Source: a virus (taxonomy: Duplodnaviria; Heunggongvirae; Uroviricota; Caudoviricetes). Taken from it: 32,875 nt of DNA. The stretch lies in IMG/VR virus record IMGVR_UViG_2859827302_000004. One strand, written 5' to 3'. The position numbers and the translations under genes are program-made. Positions 18,702-29,600 of the stretch are shown here, piece after piece. How positions within the stretch are numbered: position 1 is the stretch's first letter; each line of letters starts with the position of its first letter. Under the pieces are notes generated by a model. The model saw only the letters and a program-made list of their open reading frames with translations, was not told the DNA's origin and did no database searches.

Positions 18702-20303
18702 TCACCCGGAGAAGGTAAATCCCTCAAGAGGCAGCAACTCTGCCAGTCGCTCCTCCGGCCACTCCGGCAGACGCATCAGGACGTCTGTCAACCAGGCATG
18801 CGGCTCCAGACCGTTGCGTTTCGCGGTTTCCAGCAAGCTCATTATTTGCGCGGCGCGTTCTCCCGCCATCTGCGAACCGGCGAACAGCCACGATTTTCTG
18901 CCCAGAACCACGTTTTTGATGGCCCGTTCACACACATTATTATCCAGCGGCACCGCACCATCTTCCAGGAAGCGGCTCAGTTCCACGCGATGAGACAGCG
19001 CATAGGCAATGGCTTTGTGTAATGCCTTTCCCGGAGAACATTGCGGTTCCTGCTCTTCAAGCCATGACCACAGTTCTTCCAGTATCGGACGGGCATAACG
19101 CTGTCGCCACTGGCGGATTTTTTCCACGGGGCGGCTACTGATCTTCTTCTCAAGACGGTACAACCCCGCGATTTTCTTCACGGCTATGGCAGCCCGTGGA
19201 TCTTTACTGATTTTATACAGGTCGGCGAAGCCCCTGCGGGCATGGGCCCAGCATCCGGCCAGCGTGATCTCCGGCACTTTGTTTGCCAGAGTCCGGTATG
19301 CTTTATGTCCGTCGACAACCAGCGTCCCGCCCCAGCCCTGAAGCCAGTTTTCAGGATACTCATGGCTACGTCCGGTCCGGCAGTCGAAGCACACAACTGA
19401 CGGTCCCGTCCTTTCTCCACTGACGTATGCCCACTGATAACCGGAGCAGGATTTACCGCCTTTCTTCGTGTTCAGGATCTTCAGGGTAGTCTCATCTGCA
19501 TGCACCACCGGACGGTTTATCAACTCGCGATGGAGTAACGCCGCCAGGGGAGATAATGCGGCACCCGCCGCGCCAACCATGTCAGCCATCGAACTGACGG
19601 GCAGCCCGACATCTGAACGGGCAAAGACCTGTTGCTGGCGATACAGAGGCAGGTGGTCACCGTATTTATTGATGATCACCTGTGCGATGACTGATGGCTC
19701 AACGGCACTTTTCGGGAGGATATGTGCCGGCATTTCACCGCTGAACACCTTCTGGCAACAGGGACAACTGTATTGCGGACGGACATAACGGTTCACCACA
19801 AAGTGAGCGGGAATATACTCCAGCTTTTCACTCACCGCATCGCGGATATAGTGCAGCGGCTCGTCACATTCAGGGCAATGGTCAGTGTCCGGCTGGATAA
19901 TTTTTTCCACCCGTGGAAGATGAACCGGTAAGGGTTTGGGTATCGGGCGTGAACGGGACGCTTTTTCATCTTCTTCAGGGGATTGCGGGAGCAGTTTATC
20001 CAGATGTGCGGTAAGCGCGGCGATATCGGCATCAACATCCTCTTCGAATAGGGAGCGTTGCATACCAGCCAGCGTTTCACATTTTTTTCCGAAGCGCTGT
20101 TGACGAACCAGTTTCAGCATTTCTTCCAGAAGCTGGATGCGCCGGCTTTTCTCCAGTAATTCCCGCTCTTTTTCGGCATTCTCCGACATGACTTCTTGTA
20201 CCATGGCAAGTGCCATAGCACGCAGTTTTTCGATGTCATTCGTGGTGTTGAGAGCGGAGATATCCATACAGGGGAGTATACCACTCCAGATACGGATATT
20301 CAT
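18702..20303 (-). CDS. IS66-family TnpC, apparently intact (533 aa)
   Basis: Contains HADET, CWAHARR and zinc-finger-like CPECDEPL...CPCC motifs. Confidence 0.85.
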   Translation of the reverse strand: MNIRIWSGILPCMDISALNTTNDIEKLRAMALAMVQEVMSENAEKERELLEKSRRIQLLEEMLKLVRQQRFGKKCETLAGMQRSLFEEDVDADIAALTAHLDKLLPQSPEEDEKASRSRPIPKPLPVHLPRVEKIIQPDTDHCPECDEPLHYIRDAVSEKLEYIPAHFVVNRYVRPQYSCPCCQKVFSGEMPAHILPKSAVEPSVIAQVIINKYGDHLPLYRQQQVFARSDVGLPVSSMADMVGAAGAALSPLAALLHRELINRPVVHADETTLKILNTKKGGKSCSGYQWAYVSGERTGPSVVCFDCRTGRSHEYPENWLQGWGGTLVVDGHKAYRTLANKVPEITLAGCWAHARRGFADLYKISKDPRAAIAVKKIAGLYRLEKKISSRPVEKIRQWRQRYARPILEELWSWLEEQEPQCSPGKALHKAIAYALSHRVELSRFLEDGAVPLDNNVCERAIKNVVLGRKSWLFAGSQMAGERAAQIMSLLETAKRNGLEPHAWLTDVLMRLPEWPEERLAELLPLEGFTFSG

Positions 20304-20309
20304 TATTTT

Positions 20310-20702
20310 TCACTGAGTTAGCAGTGTATTTTGCGTGTTTTCAGGGCGCAGTTCAGGTTCATTCTGCCAGACCCATTTCGTCAGGTCATGTCCCTTAACC
20401 TGCTGCCAGTCAACACCGGCAATCAGCCAGTTAAACTCGTCGGGAGTGAGGTGCCAGGCAGCGTCATTTGCACGTGGCCAGCGGAAGCTGCCTTTGTGCA
20501 GACGGCGGGTACACAACCACACCCCGTGTTTATCCCACCGGAGAACTTTGATACGCGAACGGGCTTTGTTAACAAAGACGAAGGCGGCTCCCTCATGCCA
20601 TGTCGACCGGAGTTCATCCTGTATATACTGCGTCAGTGAGTCGATGCCCCGGCGCATGTCAACAGGTTTAATTGCGATGAAGACATTATCAGGACTGAGC
20701 AT
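20310..20702 (-). CDS. IS66-family TnpB-like (130 aa)
   Basis: IAIKPVDMRRGIDSL...RIKVLRWDKHGVWLCTRRL core aligns with TnpB of the neighbouring elements. Confidence 0.75.
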   Translation of the reverse strand: MLSPDNVFIAIKPVDMRRGIDSLTQYIQDELRSTWHEGAAFVFVNKARSRIKVLRWDKHGVWLCTRRLHKGSFRWPRANDAAWHLTPDEFNWLIAGVDWQQVKGHDLTKWVWQNEPELRPENTQNTLLTQ

Positions 20703-20806
20703 ATTTGAGTGCCCTGAAGAGTAAGCGTAAACTGACCGCCGTATGTAGCCATTAAGCCTGTATTGGTAACGTAGGTGCCCACCTTTTCAACTAGTGGACA
20801 CCTGTT

Positions 20807-21226
20807 ATGGAACAGAAAGCATTATCTGCAGAACCCCGCAGATCATTTTCAAATGAGTTTAAACTTCAAATGGTTAAACTGGCTTCACAACCAGGAGCCT
20901 CTGTTGCCCGTATTGCCCGGGAACACGATATCAATGATAACCTGCTGTTCAAATGGCTCAGGCTCTGGCAGAACGAAGGGCGCATATCGCGGCGTCTTCC
21001 GGTAACAACCTCTTCTGACACTGGCGTTGAATTATTACCTGTGGAGATAACGCCGGATGAGCCGAAAGAACCGGTGGCTGCTCTTACTCCGTCTTTATCT
21101 ACTCAGACTACAGTTAGTGCCAGCTCCTGCAAGGTGGAGTTCCGTCACGGTAACATGACGCTGGAAAATCCTTCACCAGAGCTGCTCACTGTGTTGATCC
21201 GTGAACTGACCGGGTGGGGACGATGA
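20807..21226 (+). CDS. IS66-family TnpA
   Basis: 139 aa, RRSFSNEFKLQMVKL...LLFKWLR. Confidence 0.85.
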   Translation: MEQKALSAEPRRSFSNEFKLQMVKLASQPGASVARIAREHDINDNLLFKWLRLWQNEGRISRRLPVTTSSDTGVELLPVEITPDEPKEPVAALTPSLSTQTTVSASSCKVEFRHGNMTLENPSPELLTVLIRELTGWGR

Positions 21227-21573
21227 TCTCACTCCCGTCAGGCACCCGCATCTGGCTCGTTGCTGGGATAACCGATATGCGTAAGTCTTTCAACGGGCTG
21301 GGTGAACAGGTACAGCATGTGCTGAATGATAATCCCTTCTCCGGTCACCTGTTCATCTTCCGTGGCCGACGGGGTGACATGATTAAAATCCTGTGGGCTG
21401 ATGCTGATGGTCTGTGCCTGTTCACCAGACGCCTGGAGGAAGGCCAGTTTATCTGGCCTGCTGTGCGTGACGGCAAGGTATCCATTACCCGCTCGCAACT
21501 GGCAATGCTCCTCGATAAGCTGGACTGGCGTCAGCCAAAAACATCCCGCCTTAACGCACTGACAATGTTGTAA
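21223..21573 (+). CDS. IS66-family TnpB
   Basis: ATGA overlap with tnpA stop; MISLPSGTRIWLVAGITDMRKSFNGL... Confidence 0.85.
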   Translation: MISLPSGTRIWLVAGITDMRKSFNGLGEQVQHVLNDNPFSGHLFIFRGRRGDMIKILWADADGLCLFTRRLEEGQFIWPAVRDGKVSITRSQLAMLLDKLDWRQPKTSRLNALTML

Positions 21574-21603
21574 AAATGTCATGGCCGGATTATAAAAACG
21601 GCC

Positions 21604-21910
21604 ATGAATCAAAAATACCTCATTCGCATTGCAGAACTGGAATGCCAGCTCCGTCAGAAAGACCAGCAACTGAGTCTGGTTGAAGAGACGGAGGCCTTCC
21701 TGCGCTCTGCACTGGCCCGCGCCGAAGAAAAGATCGAAGAAGATGAACGGGAAATAGAACATCTGCGGGCTCAGATAGAAAAACTGCGCCGGATGCTGTT
21801 CGGTACCCGTTCTGAAAAACTGCGTCGTGAAGTTGAACAGGCTGAGGCCCTGCTGAAACAACGCGAACAGGACAGTGATCGTTACAGTGGGCGGGAAGAC
21901 GATCCGCAGG
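21604..21910 (+). pseudogene. IS66-family tnpC, N-terminal ~100 codons only
   Basis: Coiled-coil N-terminus ends where IS600 begins. Confidence 0.8.
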
Positions 21911-21974
21911 TGAGGTAGCCTGAGTTTAACGGACACTCCTTCCTGAAATAGAATGGCATCAGAAGGAGCTAATA

Positions 21975-22277
21975 ATGAGCAGAAAAAACCAACGTTACTC
22001 TAAAGAGTTCAAAGCCGAAGCTGTCAGAACGGTTCTTGAAAATCAACTTTCGATCAGTGAAGGCGCTTCCCGATTATCCCTTCCTGAAGGCACTTTAGGA
22101 CAATGGGTTACCGCCGCCAGAAAAGGGCTCGGTACTCCTGGTTCCCGCACGGTGGCTGAACTGGAATCTGAAATTCTGCAACTGCGTAAGGCGTTAAATG
22201 AAGCTCGCCTTGAGCGAGATATATTAAAAAAAGCAACAGCGTATTTTGCACAGGAGTCGCTGAAAAATACGCGTTAA
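21975..22277 (+). CDS. IS600 orfA
   Basis: Protein identical to ORF 5845-6147. Confidence 0.9.
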   Translation: MSRKNQRYSKEFKAEAVRTVLENQLSISEGASRLSLPEGTLGQWVTAARKGLGTPGSRTVAELESEILQLRKALNEARLERDILKKATAYFAQESLKNTR

Positions 22278-22312
22278 TCGAACAATGGCGACAACAATTT
22301 CCCATTGAAGCG

Positions 22313-23131
22313 ATGTGTCAGGTATTTGGTGTATCCAGGAGCGGTTATTACAACTGGGTACAGCATGAACCCTCAGACAGAAAACAAAGTGATGAGCGGC
22401 TAAAACTGGAGATTAAGGTGGCACATATCCGCACTCGCGAAACATATGGAACCCGGCGGCTCCAGACGGAGCTGGCAGAGAATGGCATCATCGTTGGTCG
22501 TGACCGACTGGCACGTCTTCGTAAGGAGCTAAGGCTACGCTGTAAGCAGAAACGCAAGTTCAGAGCGACTACGAACCCGAACCACAATCTGCCAGTTGCG
22601 CCAAATCTGCTGAACCAGACGTTCGCTCCTACAGCACCAAATCAGGTCTGGGTGGCGGACCTGACGTATGTTGCCACACAGGAGGGATGGTTGTACCTCG
22701 CTGGCATCAAAGATGTTTATACGTGCGAAATTGTCGGCTACGCCATGGGAGAGCGCATGACAAAAGAGCTGACAGGTAAAGCCCTGTTTATGGCGCTCAG
22801 GAGCCAGCGCCCACCTGCCGGGCTAATCCACCACTCTGATCGAGGTTCACAGTACTGCGCATACGATTACCGGGTCATACAGGAGCAGTCTGGTCTGAAA
22901 ACATCAATGTCGCGTAAAGGTAACTGTTACGACAACGCTCCGATGGAAAGCTTCTGGGGAACGCTGAAAAATGAGAGCCTGAGCCACTATCGTTTTAATA
23001 ACCGGGATGAAGCCATCTCAGTAATACGGGAATACATTGAGATTTTCTACAATCGTCAGCGTCGTCACTCTCGTCTGGGGAATATCTCCCCGGCAGCCTT
23101 CAGGGAAAAATATCATCAGATGGCTGCTTAA
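22313..23131 (+). CDS. IS600 orfB
   Basis: Protein identical to ORF 4991-5809. Confidence 0.9.
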   Translation: MCQVFGVSRSGYYNWVQHEPSDRKQSDERLKLEIKVAHIRTRETYGTRRLQTELAENGIIVGRDRLARLRKELRLRCKQKRKFRATTNPNHNLPVAPNLLNQTFAPTAPNQVWVADLTYVATQEGWLYLAGIKDVYTCEIVGYAMGERMTKELTGKALFMALRSQRPPAGLIHHSDRGSQYCAYDYRVIQEQSGLKTSMSRKGNCYDNAPMESFWGTLKNESLSHYRFNNRDEAISVIREYIEIFYNRQRRHSRLGNISPAAFREKYHQMAA

Positions 23132-23174
23132 AAAAAGAACAAATGGTAGTGTCCGCTATTGCCAGTACACCTCA

Positions 23175-24252
23175 TCTGGCCCTGCAGCAGCGCATCAGCG
23201 ACCTGGACGGGAAAAAGCTGACGGCAGATGAAAAGAGTGTGCTGGCCCGTAAGAATGAGCTGATTCAGGCGCTGACGCTGCTGGATGTGAAACAGCAGGA
23301 GCTGCAGAAACAGACAGCGCTTAACGACCTGAGAAAAAAAACGGTTCAGCTGACCAGCCAGCTGGCAGACAAAGAACGTGCACTGCGTGAGCAGCACAAT
23401 CTGGATATTGCCACTGCAGGTATGGGGGATAAGCAGCGGCAGCGCTACCAGGCACAGTTGCGCATCCGGCAGGAATACCGGCAACAGTTGCAACAGCTTG
23501 AGAATGACAGTCGCCAGAAAGGCACTTACGGGACGGAGGACTACCGGAGGGCTGAGGAGGTGCTGAAGGGGAGCCTGAAGCGACAACTGAATGAAAACAA
23601 ACGCTACTGGCAGGAACTGGAAGTGGCGCAGGGCGACTGGAAAAACGGTGCCATGCGGGCGTTTCAGAATTTTACGGCGGATGCGGATAATGCGGCGGGA
23701 ACGGCAGAACAGATGTTTACAGTGGCATTCAGCAGTGCCGGTAATGCACTGGCGACATTCTGTACCACCGGTAAGCTGAATTTTAAATCCTTCACCTCTT
23801 CCCTGTTGTCAGATATGGCCAGAATTATGGCACAGATGGCCATGATGCAGGCGGTAAAGGGCGTCGGTTCTTTATTCGGCTTCACGACTAATGCTGATGG
23901 CGGTGTTTACCAGTCTGCTGATTTGAGTCGCTACAGTGGCACGGTGGTTAACCGTCCGACGTTTTTTGCTTTTGCAAAAGGAGCGGGTGTGATGGGGGAA
24001 GCGGGACCTGAAGCCATTCTGCCACTGCGTCGCGGTGCTGATGGTAAGCTGGGGGTTGTGGCGGATACTGGTGGTTCAGGCATGGTGATGTTTGCCCCGC
24101 AGTACAACATCGGGATCAATAACGACGGCACGAACGGGCAGATAGGTCCGGCAGCACTGAAGGTGGTTTATGACCTCGGGAAAAAAGCGGCCGCGGACTT
24201 TATGCAACAGCAGGCCCGTGATGGTGGCCGGTTAAGTGGAGCATACCGGTAA
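23175..24252 (+). pseudogene. H: Lambda-like tail tape-measure protein H, C-terminal fragment
   Basis: ~358 native codons in frame with an IS600-encoded leader; coiled-coil-rich then Gly-rich C-terminus; immediately followed by M, L, K, I, J in lambda order. Confidence 0.7.
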
Positions 24253-24581
24253 TGGAGACGTTTCGCTGGAAGGTGCGCCCGGATATGAATGTGGTATCAG
24301 AGCCAAAAGTGGTGGCAGTGAAGCTGGGTGATGGTTATGAACAGCGTCGCCCGGCGGGACTGAATAATCTGCTGTCGACTTACAGCGTGACGATACGTGT
24401 TCGTAAAGGTGAACACCCACCTTTAAAAGCCTTTCTGGAACGGCACGGTGGCGTCCGCGCATTTCAGTGGACGCCACCTTATGACTGGAAACCGATCAGG
24501 GTGGTTTGTCGTAAATGGTCGGCAAGCGTGGGGGCGTTATGGGTGACTGTAACGGCCGATTTTGAACAGGTGGTGAACTGA
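24252..24581 (+). CDS. M: Lambda-like minor tail protein M
   Basis: METFRWKV...GDGY...ERHGG...FEQVVN resembles lambda gpM; start overlaps H stop (TAATG). Confidence 0.85.
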   Translation: METFRWKVRPDMNVVSEPKVVAVKLGDGYEQRRPAGLNNLLSTYSVTIRVRKGEHPPLKAFLERHGGVRAFQWTPPYDWKPIRVVCRKWSASVGALWVTVTADFEQVVN

Positions 24582-25279
24582 TGCAGGATATCCGGCAGGA
24601 AACACTGAATGAATGCACCCGTGCGGAGCAGTCGGCCAGCGTGGTGCTCTGGGAAATCGACCTGACAGAGGTCGGTGGAGAACGTTATTTTTTCTGTAAT
24701 GAGCAGAACGAAAAAGGTGAGCCGGTCACCTGGCAGGGGCGACAGTATCAGCCGTATCCCATTCAGGGGAGTGGTTTTGAACTGAATGGCAAAGGCACCA
24801 GTACGCGCCCCACGCTGACGGTTTCTAACCTGTACGGTATGGTCGCCGGGATGGCGGAAGATCTGCAGAGTCTGGTCGGCGGAACGGTGGTCCGGCGTAA
24901 GGTTTACGCCCGTTTTCTGGATGCGGTGAACTTCGTCAACGGAAACAGTGACGCCGATCCGGAGCAGGAGGTGATCAGCCGCTGGCGCATCGAGCAGTGC
25001 AGCGAACTGAGCGCGGTCAGTGCCTCTTTTGTGCTGGCCACACCAACGGAGACGGATGGCGTGGTTTTCCCGGGGCGTATCATGCTGGCGAATACCTGTA
25101 TGTGGACCTACCGTTCTGATGAGTGTGGTTACACGGGCAGGGCAGTGGCTGACGAGTTCGACAAACCAACGACGGATATCCGGAAGGACAAATGCAGCAA
25201 GTGTATGCGCGGGTGTGAGTTGCGCAACAATACCGGTAATTTCGGCGGTTTCCTTTCCATCAATAAACTTTCTCAGTAA
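24581..25279 (+). CDS. L: Lambda-like minor tail protein L
   Basis: 232-aa ORF with C-terminal Cys cluster CSKCMRGC; start overlaps M stop (TGATG). Confidence 0.85.
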   Translation: MQDIRQETLNECTRAEQSASVVLWEIDLTEVGGERYFFCNEQNEKGEPVTWQGRQYQPYPIQGSGFELNGKGTSTRPTLTVSNLYGMVAGMAEDLQSLVGGTVVRRKVYARFLDAVNFVNGNSDADPEQEVISRWRIEQCSELSAVSASFVLATPTETDGVVFPGRIMLANTCMWTYRSDECGYTGRAVADEFDKPTTDIRKDKCSKCMRGCELRNNTGNFGGFLSINKLSQ

Positions 25280-25283
25280 ATCC

Positions 25284-26027
25284 ATGACACAGACAGAATC
25301 AGCGATTCTGGCGCACGCCCGGCGATGTGCGCCAGCGGAGTCGTGTGGCTTCGTGGTGAGAACGCCGGAGGGAGACAGGTATCTTCCCAGCGAGAATATC
25401 TCCGGTGAGCCGGAGGAACGGTTCCGGATGGCTCCGGAGGACTGGCTGCGGGCACAAATGCAGGGTGAGATTGTGGCACTGGTCCACAGTCATCCCGGTG
25501 GTCTGCCCTGGCTGAGTGAGGCTGACCGGCGGCTGCAGGTGCAGAGTGATTTGCCGTGGTGGCTGGTCTGCCGGGGGGCGATTCACAAGTTCCGCTGTGT
25601 GCCGCATCTCACTGGGCGGCGCTTTGAGCACGGGGTGACGGACTGTTACACGCTGTTCCGGGATGCTTATCATCTGGCGGGGATTGAGATGCCGGATTTT
25701 CATCGCGGGGATGACTGGTGGCGTCACGGTCAGAATCTCTATCTGGATAATCTGGAGGCCACAGGGCTGTATCAGGTGCCGTTGTCATCAGCACAACCGG
25801 GCGATGTGCTGCTGTGCTGTTTTGGTTCATCGGTGCCGAATCATGCCGCCATTTACTGCGGCGACGGTGAGCTGCTGCACCATATTCCTGAACAACTGAG
25901 TAAACGAGAGAGGTATACCGACAAATGGCAGCGACGCACACACTCCCTCTGGCGTCACCGGGAATGGCACGCATCTGCCTTTACGGGGATTTGCAACGAT
26001 TTGGCCGCCGCATCGACCTTCGTGTGA
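25284..26027 (+). CDS. K: Lambda-like tail assembly protein K (MPN/JAMM + NlpC/P60 domains)
   Basis: ATG at 25284 inside track ORF 25020-26027; ESCGFVV...HSHP and GVTDCYTLF...H motifs. Confidence 0.85.
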   Translation: MTQTESAILAHARRCAPAESCGFVVRTPEGDRYLPSENISGEPEERFRMAPEDWLRAQMQGEIVALVHSHPGGLPWLSEADRRLQVQSDLPWWLVCRGAIHKFRCVPHLTGRRFEHGVTDCYTLFRDAYHLAGIEMPDFHRGDDWWRHGQNLYLDNLEATGLYQVPLSSAQPGDVLLCCFGSSVPNHAAIYCGDGELLHHIPEQLSKRERYTDKWQRRTHSLWRHREWHASAFTGICNDLAAASTFV

Positions 26028-26566
26028 AAACGGGGGCTGAAGCCATCCGCGCACTGGCCACACAGCTCCCGGCGTTTCGTCAGAAACTGAGTGACGGCTG
26101 GTATCAGGTGCGCATTGCCGGGCGTGATGCAGGTGAAACCGAATTGTCTGCCCGTCTTAATGAGCCGCTGGCAAATGGTGCAGTGATCCACATAGTACCG
26201 CGTCTGGTGGGAGCTAAAAGTGGCGGTGTGTTTCAGGCGGTGCTGGGGGCAGCTGTTATGGCGGTTGCTATATGGATGCCGGGGGTAGGAATTATGGCGA
26301 GTAATCTGCTGTTTTCTCTCGGTGCCAGTATGACGCTTGGCGGTGTTGCACAGATGCTGGCACCGAAAGCCAGAACTCCCCGTACACAGACAACGGATAA
26401 CGGCAAACAGAACACCTGTTTCTCCTCACTGGATAACATGGTTGCCTAGGGCAATGTTCTGCCTGTTCTGTACGGTGAAATGCGCGTGGGGTCGCGGGTG
26501 GTATCTCAGGAGATCAGCACGGCAGACGAAGGGGATGGTGGTCAGGTTGTGGTGATTGGTCGCTGA
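25925..26566 (+). pseudogene. I: Lambda-like tail assembly protein I with an in-frame amber codon
   Basis: MAATHTLPLASPGMARICLYGDLQRFGRRIDLRVK... reads to TAG at 26447-26449, after which the same frame continues GNVLPVLYGEMRVGSRVVSQEISTADEGDGGQVVVIGR to TGA at 26564-26566. Confidence 0.75.
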
Positions 26567-26585
26567 TGCAAAATGTTTCATGTGA

Positions 26586-26610
26586 AACCGCCTGCGGGCG
26601 GTTTTGTCGT
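26586..26610 (+). terminator. Hairpin plus T-tract between I and J (possible attenuator)
   Basis: AACCGCC-TGCG-GGCGGTT followed by TTTTGTCGTTT. Confidence 0.25.
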
Positions 26611-26626
26611 TTATGGAGCGTGAGGA

Positions 26627-29600
26627 ATGGGTAAAGGCAGCAGTAAGGGGCATACCCCGCGCGAAGCGAAGGACAACCTGAAATCCACGCAGTTGCTGAG
26701 TGTGATTGATGCCATCAGCGAAGGGCCGGTTGACGGTCCGGTGGATGGATTAAAAAGCGTGCTGCTGAACGGTACGCCGGTCCTGGACAGCGAGGGGAAG
26801 ACAAACTTTTCCGGTGTTACGGTGGTGTTCCGCGCCGGCGAGCAGGAGCAGACACCGCCGGAGGGGTTTGAATCTTCCGGCTCAGAGACTGTGCTGGGTA
26901 CGGAAGTGAAATACGACACGCCGATCACCCGGACCATCACGTCGGCAAACATTGATCGTCTGCGCCTGACCTTCGGTGTGCAGGCACTGGTGGAAAACAC
27001 CTCAAAGGGGGACCGGAATCCGTCGGAAGTCCGCCTGCTGGTTCAGATACAGCGTAACGGTGGCTGGGTGACGGAAAAAGACATCACCATTAAGGGCAAA
27101 ACCACTTCGCAGTATCTGGCCTCGGTGGTGATGGGTAACCTGCCGCCGCGCCCGTTTAATATCCGGATGCGCAGGATGACACCGGACAGCACCACAGACC
27201 AGCTGCAGAACAAAACGCTCTGGTCGTCGTACACCGAAATCATCGATGTGAAACAGTGCTACCCGAACACGGCGCTGGTCGGCGTGCAGGTGGATTCAGA
27301 GCAGTTCGGTAACCAGCAGGTGAGTCGCAATTATCATCTTCGCGGGCGCATTCTGCAGGTGCCGTCGAACTATAACCCGCAGACGCGGCAATACAGCGGT
27401 ATCTGGGACGGAACGCTTAAGCCAGCATACAGCAACAACATGGCCTGGTGTCTGTGGGACATGCTCACTCATCCGCGCTACGGCATGGGGAAACGTCTTG
27501 GTGCGGCAGATGTGGACAAATGGGCGCTGTATGTCATCGGCCAGTACTGCGACCAGTCAGTGCCGGACGGATTTGGCGGCACGGAGCCGCGCATCACCTG
27601 TAACGCTTACCTGACCACACAGCGTAAGGCGTGGGATGTTCTCAGTGATTTCTGCTCGGCGATGCGCTGTATGCCGGTATGGAACGGGCAGACGCTGACG
27701 TTCGTGCAGGACCGACCGTCGGATAAAGTGTGGACCTATAACCGCAGTAATGTGGTGATGCCGGATGATGGCGCGCCGTTCCGCTACAGCTTCAGCGCCC
27801 TGAAGGACCGCCATAATGTCGTTGAGGTGAACTGGATTGATCCGGACAACGGTCATGAGACGGCGACAGAGCTTGTGGAGGACACGCAGGCCATTCTCCG
27901 TTACGGTCGTAACGCCACGAAGATGGATGCCTTTGGCTGTACCAGCCGGGGACAGGCGCACCGCGCCGGGCTGTGGCTGATTAAAACGGAACTGCTGGAA
28001 ACGCAGACCGTGGACTTCAGCGTCGGCGCAGAAGGGCTTCGCCATGTACCGGGTGATGTCATTGAAATCTGCGATGATGATTATGCCGGTATCAGCACCG
28101 GTGGTCGCGTACTGGCGGTGAACAGCCAGACCCGGACGCTGACGCTCGACCGTGAAATCACGCTGCCGTCCTCCGGTACCACGCTGATAAGCCTGGTTGA
28201 CGGAAATGGCAATCCGGTCAGCGTGGAGGTTCAGTCCGTCACCGACGGCGTGAAGGTGAAAGTGAGCCGGGTTCCTGACGGCGTTGCAGAATACAGCGTG
28301 TGGGGGCTGAAGCTGCCGACGCTGCGCCAGCGCCTGTTCCGCTGCGTGAGTATCCGTGAGAACGACGACGGCACGTATGCCATCACCGCCGTGCAGCATG
28401 TGCCGGAAAAAGAGGCCATCGTGGATAACGGGGCACACTTTGACGGTGACCGGCGCGGCACGGTGAATGGTGTCACGCCGCCAGCGGTGCAGCATCTGAC
28501 CGCCGAAGTCACCGCAGACAGCGGGGAATATCAGGTGCTGGCGCGATGGGACACGCCGAAGGTGGTGAAGGGTGTGAGCTTCCTGCTTCGCCTGACCGTG
28601 GCAGCGGACGACGGCAGTGAGCGGCTGGTCAGCACAGCCAGGACGACGGAAACCACATACCGCTTCAGGCAGCTGGCGCTGGGGAATTACAGTCTGACAG
28701 TCCGGGCGGTAAATGCCCGGGGGCAGCAGGGCGATCCGGCGTCGGTATCGTTCCGGATTGCGGCACCGGCAGCGCCTGTCACTATTGAACTGATACCGGG
28801 GTATTTTCAGATAACGGCGGTCCCGAAACTGGCTATATATGACCCGACGGTGCAGTTTGAGTTCTGGTTTTCGGAAAAGCGGATTGCGGATATCAGGCAG
28901 GTTGAAACCAGCGCCCGCTATCTTGGCACGGCGCTGTACTGGATAGCCGCCAGTATCAATATCAGGCGGGCCATGATTATTATTTTTACGTTCGCAGTGT
29001 GAACACCGTTGGCAAATCGGCATTTGTGGAGGCCGTCGGTCGGGCGAGCGATGATGCGGAAGGTTATCTGAGTTTTTATAAAGGGTTGATCAATAAAACG
29101 CATCTCGGCAAGGAGTTGTGGACGCAGATTGATAACGGTCAGCTTGCGCCGGACCTGACTGAAATCAGGACGTCCATTACGAATGTCAGCAATGAAATCA
29201 CGCAAACCGTCAATAAAAAACTGGAAAATCAGAGTGCTGCAATCCAGCAGATACAGAAAGTTCAGGTTGATACAAATAATAACCTGAACAGCATGTGGGC
29301 TGTGAAGCTGCAACAGATGAAGGACGGACGCCTTTATATTGCGGGTATCGGTGCCGGTATTGAGAATACGCCAGCAGGAATGCAGAGTCAGGTGCTGCTG
29401 GCGGCAGACAGGATTGCGATGATTAATCCTGCGAATGGCAACACAAAGCCGATGTTTGTTGGTCAGGGCGATCAGATATTCATGAACGACGTGTTCCTGA
29501 AACGCCTGACGGCTCCGACCATTACCAGCGGCGGTAATCCTCCGGCATTTTCCCTGACACCTGGCGGACGGCTGACGGCGAAAAATGCCGATATCAGCGG

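Larger units (their letters stand above)
18702..20720 (-). mobile_element. Partial IS66-family element (tnpB-tnpC only; tnpA and upstream end missing)
   Basis: tnpB start at 20702 lies 18 bp from the terminus of the next IS66-family element (20721); no tnpA upstream; low-coordinate boundary not identified. Confidence 0.4.
20721..21910 (+). mobile_element. IS66-family element, 3'-truncated by IS600
   Basis: Left end GTAAGCGTAAACTGACC at 20721; tnpA and tnpB complete, tnpC cut at the IS600 terminus (21911). Confidence 0.8.
21911..23174 (+). mobile_element. IS600 (IS3 family), complete 1264 bp copy
   Basis: Same termini and ORF proteins as copy 4948-6211, in opposite orientation; flanking triplets AGG and TCT do not match. 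Confidence 0.9.

Noticed and set aside
21238-21936. 232-aa minus-strand ORF
   Set aside because: Antisense to IS66-family tnpB/tnpC; spurious open frame
25020-25283. N-terminal extensions in the ORF track (K from 25020, stf from 30794, 14979, 11822, 13612)
   Set aside because: Alternative upstream starts overlap preceding genes or IS termini; the internal ATGs matching known N-termini were used instead
24479-25285. 268-aa minus-strand ORF
   Set aside because: Antisense to lambda-like gene L
27557-29023. 488-aa minus-strand ORF
   Set aside because: Antisense to J within GC-rich coding sequence; no start context; J homology explains the region
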